From: Phallusia mammillata
Lineage: Eukaryota
Reading direction: 5' to 3'
Assembly (NCBI GenBank): GCA_965637545.1
Contig: OZ281500.1
Span: 5,022,001-5,086,000, forward strand
Length of the DNA: 64,000 bases
Shown here: piece by piece, positions 52,041 to 63,315 of the stretch
How positions within the stretch are numbered: the first letter of the stretch is position 1
Layout: the number at the start of each line of letters is the position of its first letter
Translations under genes and position numbers: made by a program
The notes under the pieces: model-generated
What the model was told of the DNA's origin: nothing
Seen by the model: only the letters and a program-made list of their open reading frames with translations
Database searches by the model: none

Positions 52041-53456
52041 CATACATATCTGGAAAAGAGATGGACACCACCAGGTTCTTTGTCACCTAGCATTCGGTAA
52101 ACTCACCAAAGTGCCAACACGGTCCCAGGATTACGGGAATGACTTGACTTGGACAAGATATCAATGACCTTTTTTGCGTAATTTTTATAGTCTGGAAACT
52201 TAAAGAAACCTCAGCAAATTTATAGAGCTCCTCTGGCAATTGTATTTATATTCCGACGTCGTATGCAGGTCGCCTCATCTGGGTAAATAACACTGAATGA
52301 GCGTAGCACAGTGCACGATAAACAAAGGAAACAATGAATTAAACGCAAGGTGTTACCTGACTAAAAACATCAACCAAAAGTCAGTGAGCCGTTTTCATTT
52401 ATAAGTAGTAGAAATAAGCATGTGTTCCTAATTTAATCGACTATTTCCCACACTGTCACGAGTACGGTTTACTCCATTCGACTTGTCCGGAGCCGAAGTT
52501 AGTACCGAATGCCAACACATTTTATCGATTCAGGAACATACTTTATTTGTGTTTCGGCAATCCACTTAGTTTCCTGGCCATAAAAGATAGCTGGTGGTGA
52601 AAGTGTTTGCAGGGCCTACTCTAGTCTACGTCTTTTCCAAGATCTTTTTAGCGCAACACAAAAATCCTACATGAAAGCTCTATATTCTTTTAAAATGTAG
52701 CTTGACAAAAATACTTATCCTGATAGACCCTGGACTTTTGCCATCTTTTGTAGGGTGCCTCAGTGTCTTACGTGGTTATCTCAAGGGAACCACAAGGCCT
52801 GAAAAGTTACTTTTTGGGAGCACTGTCTATGGAAAATTGAGAACCACTGCATTAAACAGTAAATCAATCTGCATTTTACTGTAAATCTCAATCGCCAACC
52901 GTCTGCCTGGTTTTACTGTGTTTTCTTATTAACGCACAATGCAACATAATTTGACTTTACTTATTTAACACACTTGGCATGTGTTGGTAATTATGGGGGC
53001 TAACGCGTATTTTTAAAATCGTCCCAGGTAACTATCAAATATATTTTGTGAAAAAAGTCGAATTATCCCTCCTTTTCTAGTACCTAACACACAGTGTAAA
53101 ACGTTTTTGTGTAAAAACTACGCAAAAAGTCACGAAAAACAAAACAATAGCGGAGAGATACGCACCAAAGCACTGCTAAGGGCAAAGCTTCGAAAGCCAG
53201 ATTGTACAAACAACACACGAATAATGTGATGAAATCTTCATAATACGTCGAACATCATTGGTGTTGTTGAAAACAGAACATAGTCATAGTATCGCTGTAC
53301 AGTGGTAAGTTATAAGTTACAATTTTTTGCGTGATGAAAAAAAAAAGTAATAGAAAATGGAAAAATATACACACATCTTGTGCAAAGGAGGTCCTGTCTG
53401 GTCAAATACGGGTGCAATTCTATGTTAGCGTGGATGTTCTGGTTGTAAAATTCCAA

Positions 53457-55964
53457 TCACAATATGCAAATATTTTCTTCATTTGTCAGATGAATCTTCA
53501 ACTTTAGAAAAAACTTGAACGCAAAATAATCTTTACACCGCACTCCGTTTGAGCGGAGTAATTCCATATTTTCATCCCACAGCTTTTGAAGAAAACTTTC
53601 TGCTTCTGGCGACCGACCAATCATTGACAAGGATTCAAATTTACATAAAGCAAAGTTGCGAATGTAAAATACATTTTCGTTTTCATTTAATAATTTGCAC
53701 GATTTGTCAAGGAAAACAAGAGCTTCTTTATATCGCTTCAAGCCACACAGACATACACCTCTTCCGAAATATGCCATACGTAACAAATGGTCGGTTTCCT
53801 CATGTAAACGCAATTTACGTCTTTGGGAAATCAATTCTTCATTTACCTCATAAGCATCCTGATAACAACCCAAGCCATAGAGGTACTCACTGTATTCAAG
53901 CATTAGTGCACAACACTCGCTTTCCTTGTTTGTTTTTTTCATTTCGTTGTATGCAATCTTGCAATGTTTCATTATCTCTGCAAGATTGTTCTTGAACATA
54001 TAACACCTTGCCATACATGTGCTAATCTGCAGTTCTGATACAAACATTATCCCATTGGAACGGTAATGTTTTAACTGTTCTGCATCTTTCAGTGCTTCAT
54101 CTTGCTTGTGTAATTCGGTAAGGCACAGGGAGCGTTGCAACAGGTAATAACTTTTCACATTCATTGTCAAATCACTACGTTTAAGTTCTTCTGTACATAC
54201 AGTAACAGACTTTTCATATTCTTTACAGTTGTACAAACTTATTGCCTGCAAAAGCTTTAAAAGCCATAGCTGATTTTGATTACTGACGTCCAGTACATTG
54301 CATTCATCTCTCAGTATTAGAGCAAATCTGAACAGACCTAATTCACATGCCAAAAATGCCGCTTTAACTGGTGAAGTCACAAACTCAATAGTTCTCTGTT
54401 CATCTTGTTCAGTTTCGTTCCTGACATCTTTAAAGCAGTCAATAACATACTTTTGAAGTGATGCAGTGGTATTTAAGCCGTCTACAAGTGCTCTGTTTCC
54501 CATGTGAATGCTTTCCAAACAAGATGGTTTACCAAAAAACTCTATGGGTTGATGCATTATGTCATTTTGACCTGACGTCTTGCAGTACAAGTTCAAACGC
54601 AATTCATACGCAACTGCCACAGAAAACTGTAGTTTATCGTACATAGTCCTGTCCATTATACTACGATCGCTCAACTCATCAAGAATGTCGAAACAAGAAA
54701 AAGCTTTGCATTTACGTAGACGACCCAGAGCTAAAATAAAGAGTGAACCAGTCCTTAATGCAATGCGCTTAATGTCTATTGTAGTTGGTAAAGTCAACGT
54801 CTTCATATTAAACGACTTGTAGTATTGTTTTATATTTCTTTCTAATCTCTCATTCTCCTGACCTATTTTATTAAGCCTTTTTTTCACTTCGTCTTGAAAG
54901 TTTTTATGTACACCATCATCACCGAACAAAAAACAAGTTGTTGTCAACATATCTGCTAAATGATATCCTTGTTTCAAATCCTCATCTCTTTCCAAGTACT
55001 TTACCATCTCACTGACAGGTTTGATTAGCTCAGTTGTCCATGGCTTATTCTGTGTCGTTGTTTGTCTTCCCGGTGGGTTTTTGCTCGCATGAGGAGCAAA
55101 TCCATCAGGAGAAATTCCACATGTAGTGCGTTCGTCATAAAACCAATCTTCTTCCTTGTTTAAGGGATTATTAAGACATGGAATGGCCAAAAAACTTAGC
55201 AAAGTTTCGCCCAGACGAACCAGAATCATTTGGTAAACTGTTGCAAACCATCGGAAATATTCCAAAATCTTTTCGTAATCAGGCTGTTCCTGAATTCCTT
55301 CCTTCAATACTATAATGCTCTCTAAATCAGAATATGGAGTAACCTCTTTTTTAGCCAAAGATCCCGTTCCTGCCAAAGCAAACTTACAGGGTGCTTGCCC
55401 TAATAAGTGAACAGTTTCTTTTGCAATAAATTTCATTATGCTCATGTATGTTTCAGTAACATAAACCTGTATATTTCTCACTTCTTTCACTCTTTTCCTC
55501 CGCATTGCATTAAGTGTTTTGCCATTCAAGTTATCGCACATTGGTTTCAGCTCACTAATTTTTTTATTTGTATTTTCACGAAAATCTTGAATTTCTTTTT
55601 TGATGTCTTTAACAGCTTTACTCACCAACTCTGCATGCGGATTTGCAGCGTTGGCCTCCGTCATGATATGAATGCACACGTTTTCGAGATCTTTTTCAAT
55701 GACATTAACATTTTCAGGCTCCCTTAACACAGCTGATGTCATTAAAGCAACACTTTGAATGAGACTGATCTTATCTGGACTCTTCTCTTTGTACTCGAGT
55801 CCCAACTGATGCAAAGTTTTTGCTGATTCCTTTGGATCTTTTTCCACACCATTGTCATAACATTGTTTATATCTCAACTTATTTGCCAAATCGTTGATGA
55901 CCACGTCTGTTATTATATCGTTCAAGCAATCGTACGAATCTAAGCATGCACACATTTTTAGCAT
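53457..55964 (-). CDS. Intronless 835-aa protein: GlnD/DUF294-like Pol-beta nucleotidyltransferase + helical domain + C-terminal TPR array
   Basis: ATG at 55964, uninterrupted ORF. Motif KFALAGTGSLAKKEVTPYSDLESIIVL (G201-S202, D213-x-E215) fits hG[GS]x9-13Dh[DE]h; candidate third acid D287 (GISPDG); DIKR...LSDRSIM...AYELRLNLY resembles the helical domain following GlnD/GlnE-type NTases; TPR-like helices from about aa 530 (e.g. AYFGRGVCLCGLKRYKEALVFLDKS). Confidence 0.85.
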   Translation of the reverse strand: MLKMCACLDSYDCLNDIITDVVINDLANKLRYKQCYDNGVEKDPKESAKTLHQLGLEYKEKSPDKISLIQSVALMTSAVLREPENVNVIEKDLENVCIHIMTEANAANPHAELVSKAVKDIKKEIQDFRENTNKKISELKPMCDNLNGKTLNAMRRKRVKEVRNIQVYVTETYMSIMKFIAKETVHLLGQAPCKFALAGTGSLAKKEVTPYSDLESIIVLKEGIQEQPDYEKILEYFRWFATVYQMILVRLGETLLSFLAIPCLNNPLNKEEDWFYDERTTCGISPDGFAPHASKNPPGRQTTTQNKPWTTELIKPVSEMVKYLERDEDLKQGYHLADMLTTTCFLFGDDGVHKNFQDEVKKRLNKIGQENERLERNIKQYYKSFNMKTLTLPTTIDIKRIALRTGSLFILALGRLRKCKAFSCFDILDELSDRSIMDRTMYDKLQFSVAVAYELRLNLYCKTSGQNDIMHQPIEFFGKPSCLESIHMGNRALVDGLNTTASLQKYVIDCFKDVRNETEQDEQRTIEFVTSPVKAAFLACELGLFRFALILRDECNVLDVSNQNQLWLLKLLQAISLYNCKEYEKSVTVCTEELKRSDLTMNVKSYYLLQRSLCLTELHKQDEALKDAEQLKHYRSNGIMFVSELQISTCMARCYMFKNNLAEIMKHCKIAYNEMKKTNKESECCALMLEYSEYLYGLGCYQDAYEVNEELISQRRKLRLHEETDHLLRMAYFGRGVCLCGLKRYKEALVFLDKSCKLLNENENVFYIRNFALCKFESLSMIGRSPEAESFLQKLWDENMELLRSNGVRCKDYFAFKFFLKLKIHLTNEENICIL

Positions 55965-58171
55965 TTTAATTTTTTTCCTGTATTAAAATCACAAGCACAT
56001 GTGAACCATTTTATACTGACCAATTTGTTTACCACCTCTTTTTTATTTGTATGTATAAATTTCTTCTATACTATGTCATCTTGATACGTGCTAACTTTTA
56101 ACATTGAACTAAGTAAGATTTGTTCTGCTATACTGTGACATTTTACGATGGCATTAAACGCTCCTTGTAAAAAGTAATGTTTACAATCTTTATCCAACCG
56201 CCTCTTCCTCGTCAGCTATCCCAAATCAAACTCCGTGGAGTTGGGCCAACAAAGGCGGAGGTTTCACCTGATACGCGTCTACATCGCTTCAAGCTTTTTC
56301 TCACAAATTAAAACAATCGCTCTCAAAAGGCGCTTATGTTCTCCCATGAATTCTGGCCATCTGATAGTGTACGAATGTGCTTGTGGCAACACGACTCCAC
56401 AGTGCACACTGAAAGAGCTTTGATTAAAACTTTAAACTGCTATTGTTGCGACAATAACGAGGGTATTTCCGTGTAAATGGGTTATATGTGCATAAATTTT
56501 TTAGAACAGTATTTCGAAATAATTGGGGTTAACAAGGTTTTTGTTCAACAAACAGCGAAATCATGTGTACTGGTTGTAAAAATTACTGATATATGCGGTA
56601 TACCGTTTCGGTTTACGTAAAATGAAACCACGCTAGATACGTTTTTTTTACCTGAGTTAATCTTTGTGCAAATAACTTTAAAGACCTTCAACAAAAGAGA
56701 CATATATACATTGATACTTTTGTCGCATAAAAAGTGTAGTTAATTTGTTAAACAACTTTTAGTCGGTTTCGTAAACCCCGTTCTTAACCGTATAAAAAGG
56801 CAAAAATTACGCTCGTTGAAAAAAAAATAAAAAAAAATATAATGTGTATTTAGCGCACTGGTTTTGCTTAAAATTCTACTGTCTTTCTGAAAACAAAACT
56901 TCATGGCGATAAGATAATTGCAATACATTTTTTTTCTAGCAGCCTAAAACAGTCGAGTGCCAGACGCAGACCTATGCCGTCCCTGTGTCTCTAAGGTCAA
57001 TCGTTGACGTCACATGGTTGCCAGGTAATGACGTGTTGAGGAGGTCGAAGACACTTTTTGAACTCGATTACGTTGCGAAAAACAAAACTTCGCAATGAGT
57101 AACTGTTTTAATGTGCCGGCGCACTTAACATAACAACTAGATCGATATTATTGTTGGAACTGAAATTGCGTAATTATTTTTTATACTCATAAATGTCCTT
57201 GATGTAACTTAAATGTTAACCGAACGTCAGGTGTCAATTTTTACAACATGTAGCCACAGCATCTTTTTTGTATGGCTCGCAAAAGGACGTTACAGTTAAA
57301 ATAACATCGCGTACCAAAAACACAGACCAAACGTAATATAATACCAGAGGTTTTTTCCCACGCCTCGCGGCCCCATTGTGTGAAAAAATTTTGTCAAATC
57401 CACGACTTCTTTTAAAACGTTTAAGGTTACCGGCTAAACACACAAACAACGTGCGGAGGTTTGTGTGCCTGCCTCGCAACACAAAGGCTGATAAAAGTGT
57501 TGGAAGTACCGTTGTTGTGCTTTTGTGTTTTAACCTGTTGAAACTAAACTACAGTGATGGAATGTTAATACACCAATTGACCATGCTTCGAAAGTTCGAC
57601 AAAACTTGGTGACACATCCCCAACTGGTAACAATGACAGACTTGTTCCAATTCGCAAGGGTACTCGAAAAAAACTTTGTAATGACATACAGAGGTTACAA
57701 AGGACGCAAACCTCGTTTTGTAATATGAAACTGTCTAATTTTAGATTTCGTAAAATGTTCATTTGTTTTCATGTTTTTGGGGACAGGCTTTTTTGGGATT
57801 TTGTTCTCGCACATGCAAATCATAAAATGCAATTGGTTTCCGTTAAAATTCATGCGGGCTACGCTTGATGTTGTGCAAACTACTTGTGTGTTGTTCATCG
57901 CATGTAACTTGGAATTATTTGATTGAGCTGTATCAGACCCTCTATAACAGGCAACATAATCATCGACGATCACTGTCTTTTTCAAGTATAACTTTAAATA
58001 TGAAAAAAGGTTTCCAAAGAAGCAGAATCAGTCGATAATACTTAATAAAATATATATTTCGCCCATTGACATCGTCAGTTTTTGTAAAACCATGGGTTAA
58101 AACAACAGTAAAATGAAGATAAATCAAGAATAAGATAAAACCAACGACATAGAACCTACACCACTTCACAG

Positions 58172-58572
58172 GTAAAAAAGCGCTGACTGTGCGCCTATGG
58201 GCCCGGCAAGCAGCGTTGCGTAAACCCGCACACCAATCGAGTATTATTAAAAAGTCTGTTGAAACGTGCCTAAGAAATCGTGCGGGTACAAAAAATAAAA
58301 TAAGAGGCGGTGGGAGGCGCAATGCTAAAACACCCTGCAAGAACAAAGATCAGAACAACAAAAACAAAAAGCATAGAGCACCAGACACGGCGTATTACCC
58401 TTGTGCAATATTTACAGTCTTCATTATTTGTTTAGTTTTTTTACTGACCAACACTGCTGTGTATTTTGCACTTATACAGCCTGAAAGCGTTACAGATACG
58501 GCCAATATATCGATACGTTTAGTAAAACCTTGTTGCAAACACATTTTGCATTTCTGGGTCCACCAAGCCTTG
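58172..58572 (+). other. Possible isolated exon: basic segment followed by one transmembrane helix
   Basis: Open frame bounded by CACAG| and TTG|GTAATG; contains YYPCAIFTVFIICLVFLLTNTAVYFALI. No ATG and no partner exons found. Confidence 0.25.
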
Positions 58573-59060
58573 GTAATGTGTTAGGTTCTCATGATTTTTT
58601 ATTTTAACTATTAACTATTTCAAATTTCGATTAGATTGACTTCGTAAAAATCACGGAACTTACTGAAGAATTTATTGTCATGCCGTTAAGGTTAAACAAG
58701 GCAACGGGTCATTTATATCCAGATAGCACTTCAACTTCATCTTACATTTTTTTTTGATCTAGTGCGTTTCAAAACCTTTGAAGGTTTTTGTTAGAATGCA
58801 TTAAGCAAAAAAAATGCGACCTACATTTTTGCTGATTTTTCACAATAATGGCTAAAACTGATGGATCACATATTGTAAATAAAAATCCTTCAACACGGCA
58901 CATTTTTGCAAACACACAGAACACAGCAACGATCATAAATTACCAACAAGTCAGCAAAGTTGTAACTTAAGTAGCAAGGCGTCAAAAACCCAGTGTAAGA
59001 AAAGCATAAAAATATAATGTAATAGGGTGCCATTTTCAGCCGTTTAGCTACGCAGTTTAG

Positions 59061-59265
59061 CTAAGCAACTGTAATGTTAAGCAAAGTGGTATCCAACTTT
59101 AAAGCCTTTGCCAAACCTAAAATGTGCAAACATACATCATCAAGATCTTTGCTGATAGCATCTGCATTGTCAGGCTGCTTTTCTTAACTTATTTGCTAAC
59201 TCGTTAAGTGTTACTTCTGTTATTATATCATTTAAGCAGTCGTACGATTCTTTACATGTCGACAT
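59061..59265 (-). pseudogene. Internally deleted 5' remnant of a paralog of the 53457-55964 gene
   Basis: MSTCKESYDCLNDIITEVTLNELANKLRK vs MCACLDSYDCLNDIITDVVINDLANKLRYK; then, in another frame, QPDNADAISKDLDDVCLHILGLAKA vs EPENVNVIEKDLENVCIHIMTEANA; ends in a stop. Confidence 0.88.
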
Positions 59266-59962
59266 TTTAGCGTTGTGTCTGCAACAAAACCGTTTAACAA
59301 AATTACTCGAAAATTGCGATTGTCTAGTAGCCTACTTAAGAATGTTTATAACTAAATGAACACCAAAAAGGCTAATATGCTTTCACTTTTCAACTCAAAA
59401 AGGACCTATCAGTTTGACCACAAGCAGTTGTAGTGTTGTTGCCTTTTTGACGCAACTGTTTGTAAAGTGTTTTAATGAATGTCTAATAAAACGGACATTA
59501 ATGTGTTTACATTACCAATTTGCACGTTTTGTTTGTTATTGGAAGGACTCGCGAATAATACCACAGTTCTACCCTGAGCTGTTTGCTAATAACAGTTCTA
59601 TGAAAGCATTCTTAGAAAAATTCATCTTGGCTATTTTGGTTTATTAAATCATCTCCACATTTTGTCTACTTCTTGGGAAACGAATAAAAAACGTTCGAAT
59701 TTTACCTGACAACGTAAAGTGACGGTTGGTTAACTTTAAAAACTAGTCTCTTTACAGCGTCGTGTGTTTGGTTACAATACATACTACTAATCATAGTAGT
59801 ATCCGGTTACGATTTCACACTACGATTCACAGAACGACCAAGCAACATACATATAAAGTTTCAAACCAACCGGTGCGCAATGTGTTTTTATTTCCTGAAT
59901 TAGATTTGAGTTTGGCTGCAGTTCCATTCGGTCACCATCAACCTTTACCAAAATCCTTCTCG

Positions 59963-60042
59963 CTTAGCCTTCATTTGTTTCTTGTTTCTTACTTAGCCTT
60001 CATTTGTTTCTTGTTTCTTACTTAGCCTTCATTTGTTTCTTA
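59963..60042. repeat. 29-bp tandem repeat (~2.7 copies)
   Basis: Unit CTTAGCCTTCATTTGTTTCTTGTTTCTTA. Confidence 0.85.
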
Positions 60043-61100
60043 ATGTTGGTACAGTTCAACTTCTCAAAAAACCTTGTGGTGTTGCATCTGCAATTCTTGG
60101 TGTTAAACTGCCTCAACCATGTCACATAAAGCCCATCCTTTGGCAATTGTTTTAAAAAGGGTGTATTCTTGCAGTACGGAACGCTTAAACCAGCCAAACG
60201 CCGACACCCTGTCTCTGACGACAGGTACATGTAGCGACGTGAATAAAATTACAATAGTTGGACAATTCGTAAACTCAAAACAGGTTACGTTTGCTTAGTT
60301 AGTCAAAAAGTGTTTTCCTTGTATGGTAACCTTTACCTACGTACAATATACAAAATGTTAGGATTTGTATTTGAGAACGTACCTGGTTAAATCTCGGTAT
60401 GACATTGTATGGATAAAGCGCGGTCCCAGTTGACGAGAGTGTGATTGCAACCGCCTGCATTTACGATATTTGTGGTCTACTGCGTCATCTAGTGACATAA
60501 GCCATTACTCATCAAGGTGGTTTATGTTTGCTATGAAACATCAGACTTTGCTATATTTTTCCATTTGAATTTTTTAAAACTATGAACTTTTTAGTGGTTT
60601 GCATAGTCGAAAAGTTGTAGCGATTACGACAGCTAAAACCGCAGAAACCAACTTGTATTGTGAGTATTGACATATGGGCTCATTATTACTCTATGTTGTT
60701 TTCGTATGAGACAAGCCCTGAGTGTTGGTTGCGCTTTGTAGTTTGAAGTTTACGCTTCACAAACCAACGAAAGGCACCCAAAAGCGAATGAATTTATGAA
60801 GTGCTTGCCGTTTTATTGGTTATAATCGTGATACTTTCCACTCTAGAGATAAAATATTGTGTTTTTTTCACACATATTTGAACACGCGTATGATATCCCT
60901 TGTCTTTTATGGTTAAGTTGATTATATTAAGTGTTTAGTACTTCTCGATTTTAACACAGATTTGCATAAAACATATGTTGCACTTTGCACCACAGCTACA
61001 CAAACCTGACGTTTTGTAGCTTAAGTTAACCATTTATTTATTTTTTATTTTCATGGATGCAAACAAAATTTGCAGGATTGTTTAAAACAAATTTTTTTTG

Positions 61101-61240
61101 CAGTCGACAGAACGGCACAGGGTTGGGTCAATTTCGGTGGTTGAAAACATCCCGATACGAGAAGCTAGTCGCGAAGGGCCTCTGAGCTATGCAATCACAG
61201 GATCGCCGTCAGGATGGCTGCCATGCCATTAAAAAAGTTC
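61101..61240 (-). pseudogene. Decayed duplicate of the C-type lectin terminal exon
   Basis: *WHGSHPDGDPVIA*L-RGPSRLASRIGMFSTTEID/(frameshift)NPVPFCRL aligns to QWHADYPNTNPCMAWLVSTGPGRVSPNIGMYTTRATDLNPVPFCRL at 61865-62047. Confidence 0.8.
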
Positions 61241-61864
61241 TGGAGATGTTGGCCAGTATAAAACTTCTCAGGGTTACCAAAATATTGCATCTTCTGTCTG
61301 GGCATTTTATTATGTAACATAATGTGGGTCTTTTTTTCGAAAACTTAGCTATAGTCCGACACCATCTTGCGCTAATGAGGCTCACGATTTTTATAAGAAG
61401 TCCTAATCTAGGTAACGTAACTTTAATGTTAATTGTTTAGAGGATGTTTAATCCCAGGATTGGCCAACTTGTTAGTCGTTAAGATCGACGAAAATTTTCG
61501 TATTTGTACACGATCGACTAATCAGTAATAATTTAGTGTGCCACTAACACAAAGCAATAACGCAAATTTCTGCATGAGATTGATTGACAATTACCACATA
61601 TTTATATTGATGAGTTTTATTGACAAGCATTATTTGGTTCTTAGCAAAAAAGCTGTCGCATACGTGTATATATTTTCATCAAAGTAGTCAGTGGGATGTT
61701 GGAGTCATCCTCTCGTTTACCAACTTTTTAAAATTGGGCGTTCATCCCGTTAAAAAGCGAGACAAAAGAAAGTAAAGAACGTGTATTGTTATTCGCGCAT
61801 TTCTCAAAAATGTTGTAAAAATTGTTGTGCGTTTGACAGAATTCAATTTTAAGATAATTAAGCT

Positions 61865-63250
61865 TCACAGGCGACAAAACGGTACAGGGTTTAAGTCAGT
61901 TGCACGAGTTGTGTACATCCCGATATTAGGCGAAACTCGTCCTGGTCCGGTCGACACAAGCCATGCCATACAAGGGTTTGTGTTAGGATAGTCCGCATGC
62001 CATTGTGTGTAAATATTTCCACCTCTAGAGTTTACCGCATTTTCATTCTAAAAGCAAAATGTATTAATAATCATCGCAACTTGAAAGTAGACTAGCTACA
62101 ACTATGTAATCATGTCCCAGCTTGTTTAATTTGTGGATATGAACATACTGTTTTAACGTGGCAAATACTTGGCAATAATTTACCGGCTTAAAGATAAGAG
62201 AATGTTTACCCGATATGTTGTAGCCAGCCATACTTTAACAAACTCGTATGTTGGATGATTAACGAATGCAATCCATGCCTCCTGAATGTAATTGTAGAGT
62301 ATATTATACATTTCTTCAGTTTCTATGTCAACCAATGTGGCTCCGTAGAAGTTACACAGACTCGCAGCATAGGACTTTCCTCGGTTACTACCGTATTTCG
62401 CAACGGTCCGCGGTAACCAGTAGCAATGACCTCTGTACTTGATACCCGCACAATTTCCTTTTTCTGCCAATGGAAAAAGTTCCAGAATAGTTGCAGCAGC
62501 AGTTTTTTAAAAAAAATGTAGAATAAATTTTTTAACATGCAGATAGTTTACACATGCGTCTAGATGACTGATTGGTCAGCGCAACCGCCTTTTGTTTACA
62601 AGGCTGTGGGTTTTAATCCTATCTCGGTCGCTTGTGTTTTCTAGGGCAAGAAACTTTAACAGCATTGCTTTTACCCTGTGATTCTCGTAGGTTAAATTAA
62701 ATTGTCAATTCACCAACTGTCCAAGTTGAAATGTCAAATAAAAACTGTTCAACGAACAGACAGCTCAACGGCGGACTCATTGCGAGCATAACGCATCCGT
62801 TGCCCACCCACCAAGGCTAAACCCAAACCAACAAACAAGCAACTACTTTTTTGTGATTTGATTTTTGGAAGTTTAAATTCTGGAAACATTAAAACAATTC
62901 CATTTTTGATCTCATGTGACTTTGTCTAATTGTCTTACCATTTATTATTTCATTTATACGATTGTCGATTTGAGTCCAATTCATCAATGGTAGAGGCCCA
63001 ATCGGACCGGGTCGGCCTTGCACACCCTGCTATCCTCTAGGTCCGCGTTTTCCAGGTCTGCCAGGGGGTCCCCTTCTTGTTGACTGATTTAAAGAGCTTG
63101 AAGGTTGTTGCTCAAACAAGGTGTCAAGCTGGCGACAAACCAAATAAGTTTTCTGATTACCATCGTGACCACGTGACGTACTAAAAACTGCCAGGACAAG
63201 ACGATATTGAATAAAACGAGCATTTCGCAGATCCAAAGCAACTGAATCAT
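61865..63250 (-). pseudogene. Collectin-like gene (signal peptide, 9 Gly-X-Y triplets, neck, C-type lectin domain) with frameshift and premature stop
   Basis: Exon 1 63250-62939 (donor G|GTAAG), exon 2 62463-62210 (EKGNCAGIKYRGHCYWL...LCNFYGATLVDIETEEMYNILYNYI...VWLATTYR), exon 3 62047-61865 (WHADYP...PCMAW...GM...PFCRL*). A 1-nt deletion near 63193 separates the ATG frame from the mature frame; TAG at 63032-63030 lies within GPRG*QGVQGRPG. Confidence 0.85.
62560..62850 (+). mobile_element. tRNA-derived SINE in lectin-gene intron 1
   Basis: A/B-box-like head, GTGTTTTCTAGGGCAAGAAACTTTAAC central motif typical of invertebrate SINE cores, core shared with 31011-31240, AAAC-rich tail. Confidence 0.55.
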
Positions 63251-63315
63251 GCTTGTTATTTGGAGTTATTTATAAACAGCAAAGGCAACACAGAAAAAAT
63301 GGTTACGCATTAACC

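Noticed and set aside
53549-55727. Plus-strand ORFs of 62-148 aa overlapping the 835-aa gene
   Set aside because: Antisense shadows of the real coding sequence.
53457-55964. NTase-TPR ORF as bacterial contamination
   Set aside because: Flanked by host-type MITEs, composition resembles the host, and a decayed paralog lies nearby; not an operon-dense prokaryotic segment.
56461-56470. kappaB-like GGGTATTTCC ~500 bp upstream of the NTase gene
   Set aside because: Single imperfect 10-mer; expected by chance in 64 kb and not enough to claim NF-kB control.
57565-57985. Cys-containing minus-strand ORFs possibly related to the lectin family
   Set aside because: No ATG or signal peptide in frame and no collagen or CTLD signature.
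63030-63032. Programmed stop-codon readthrough or recoding of the TAG in the collagen region
   Set aside because: An independent upstream frameshift also disables the gene, so pseudogenisation is the simpler explanation.
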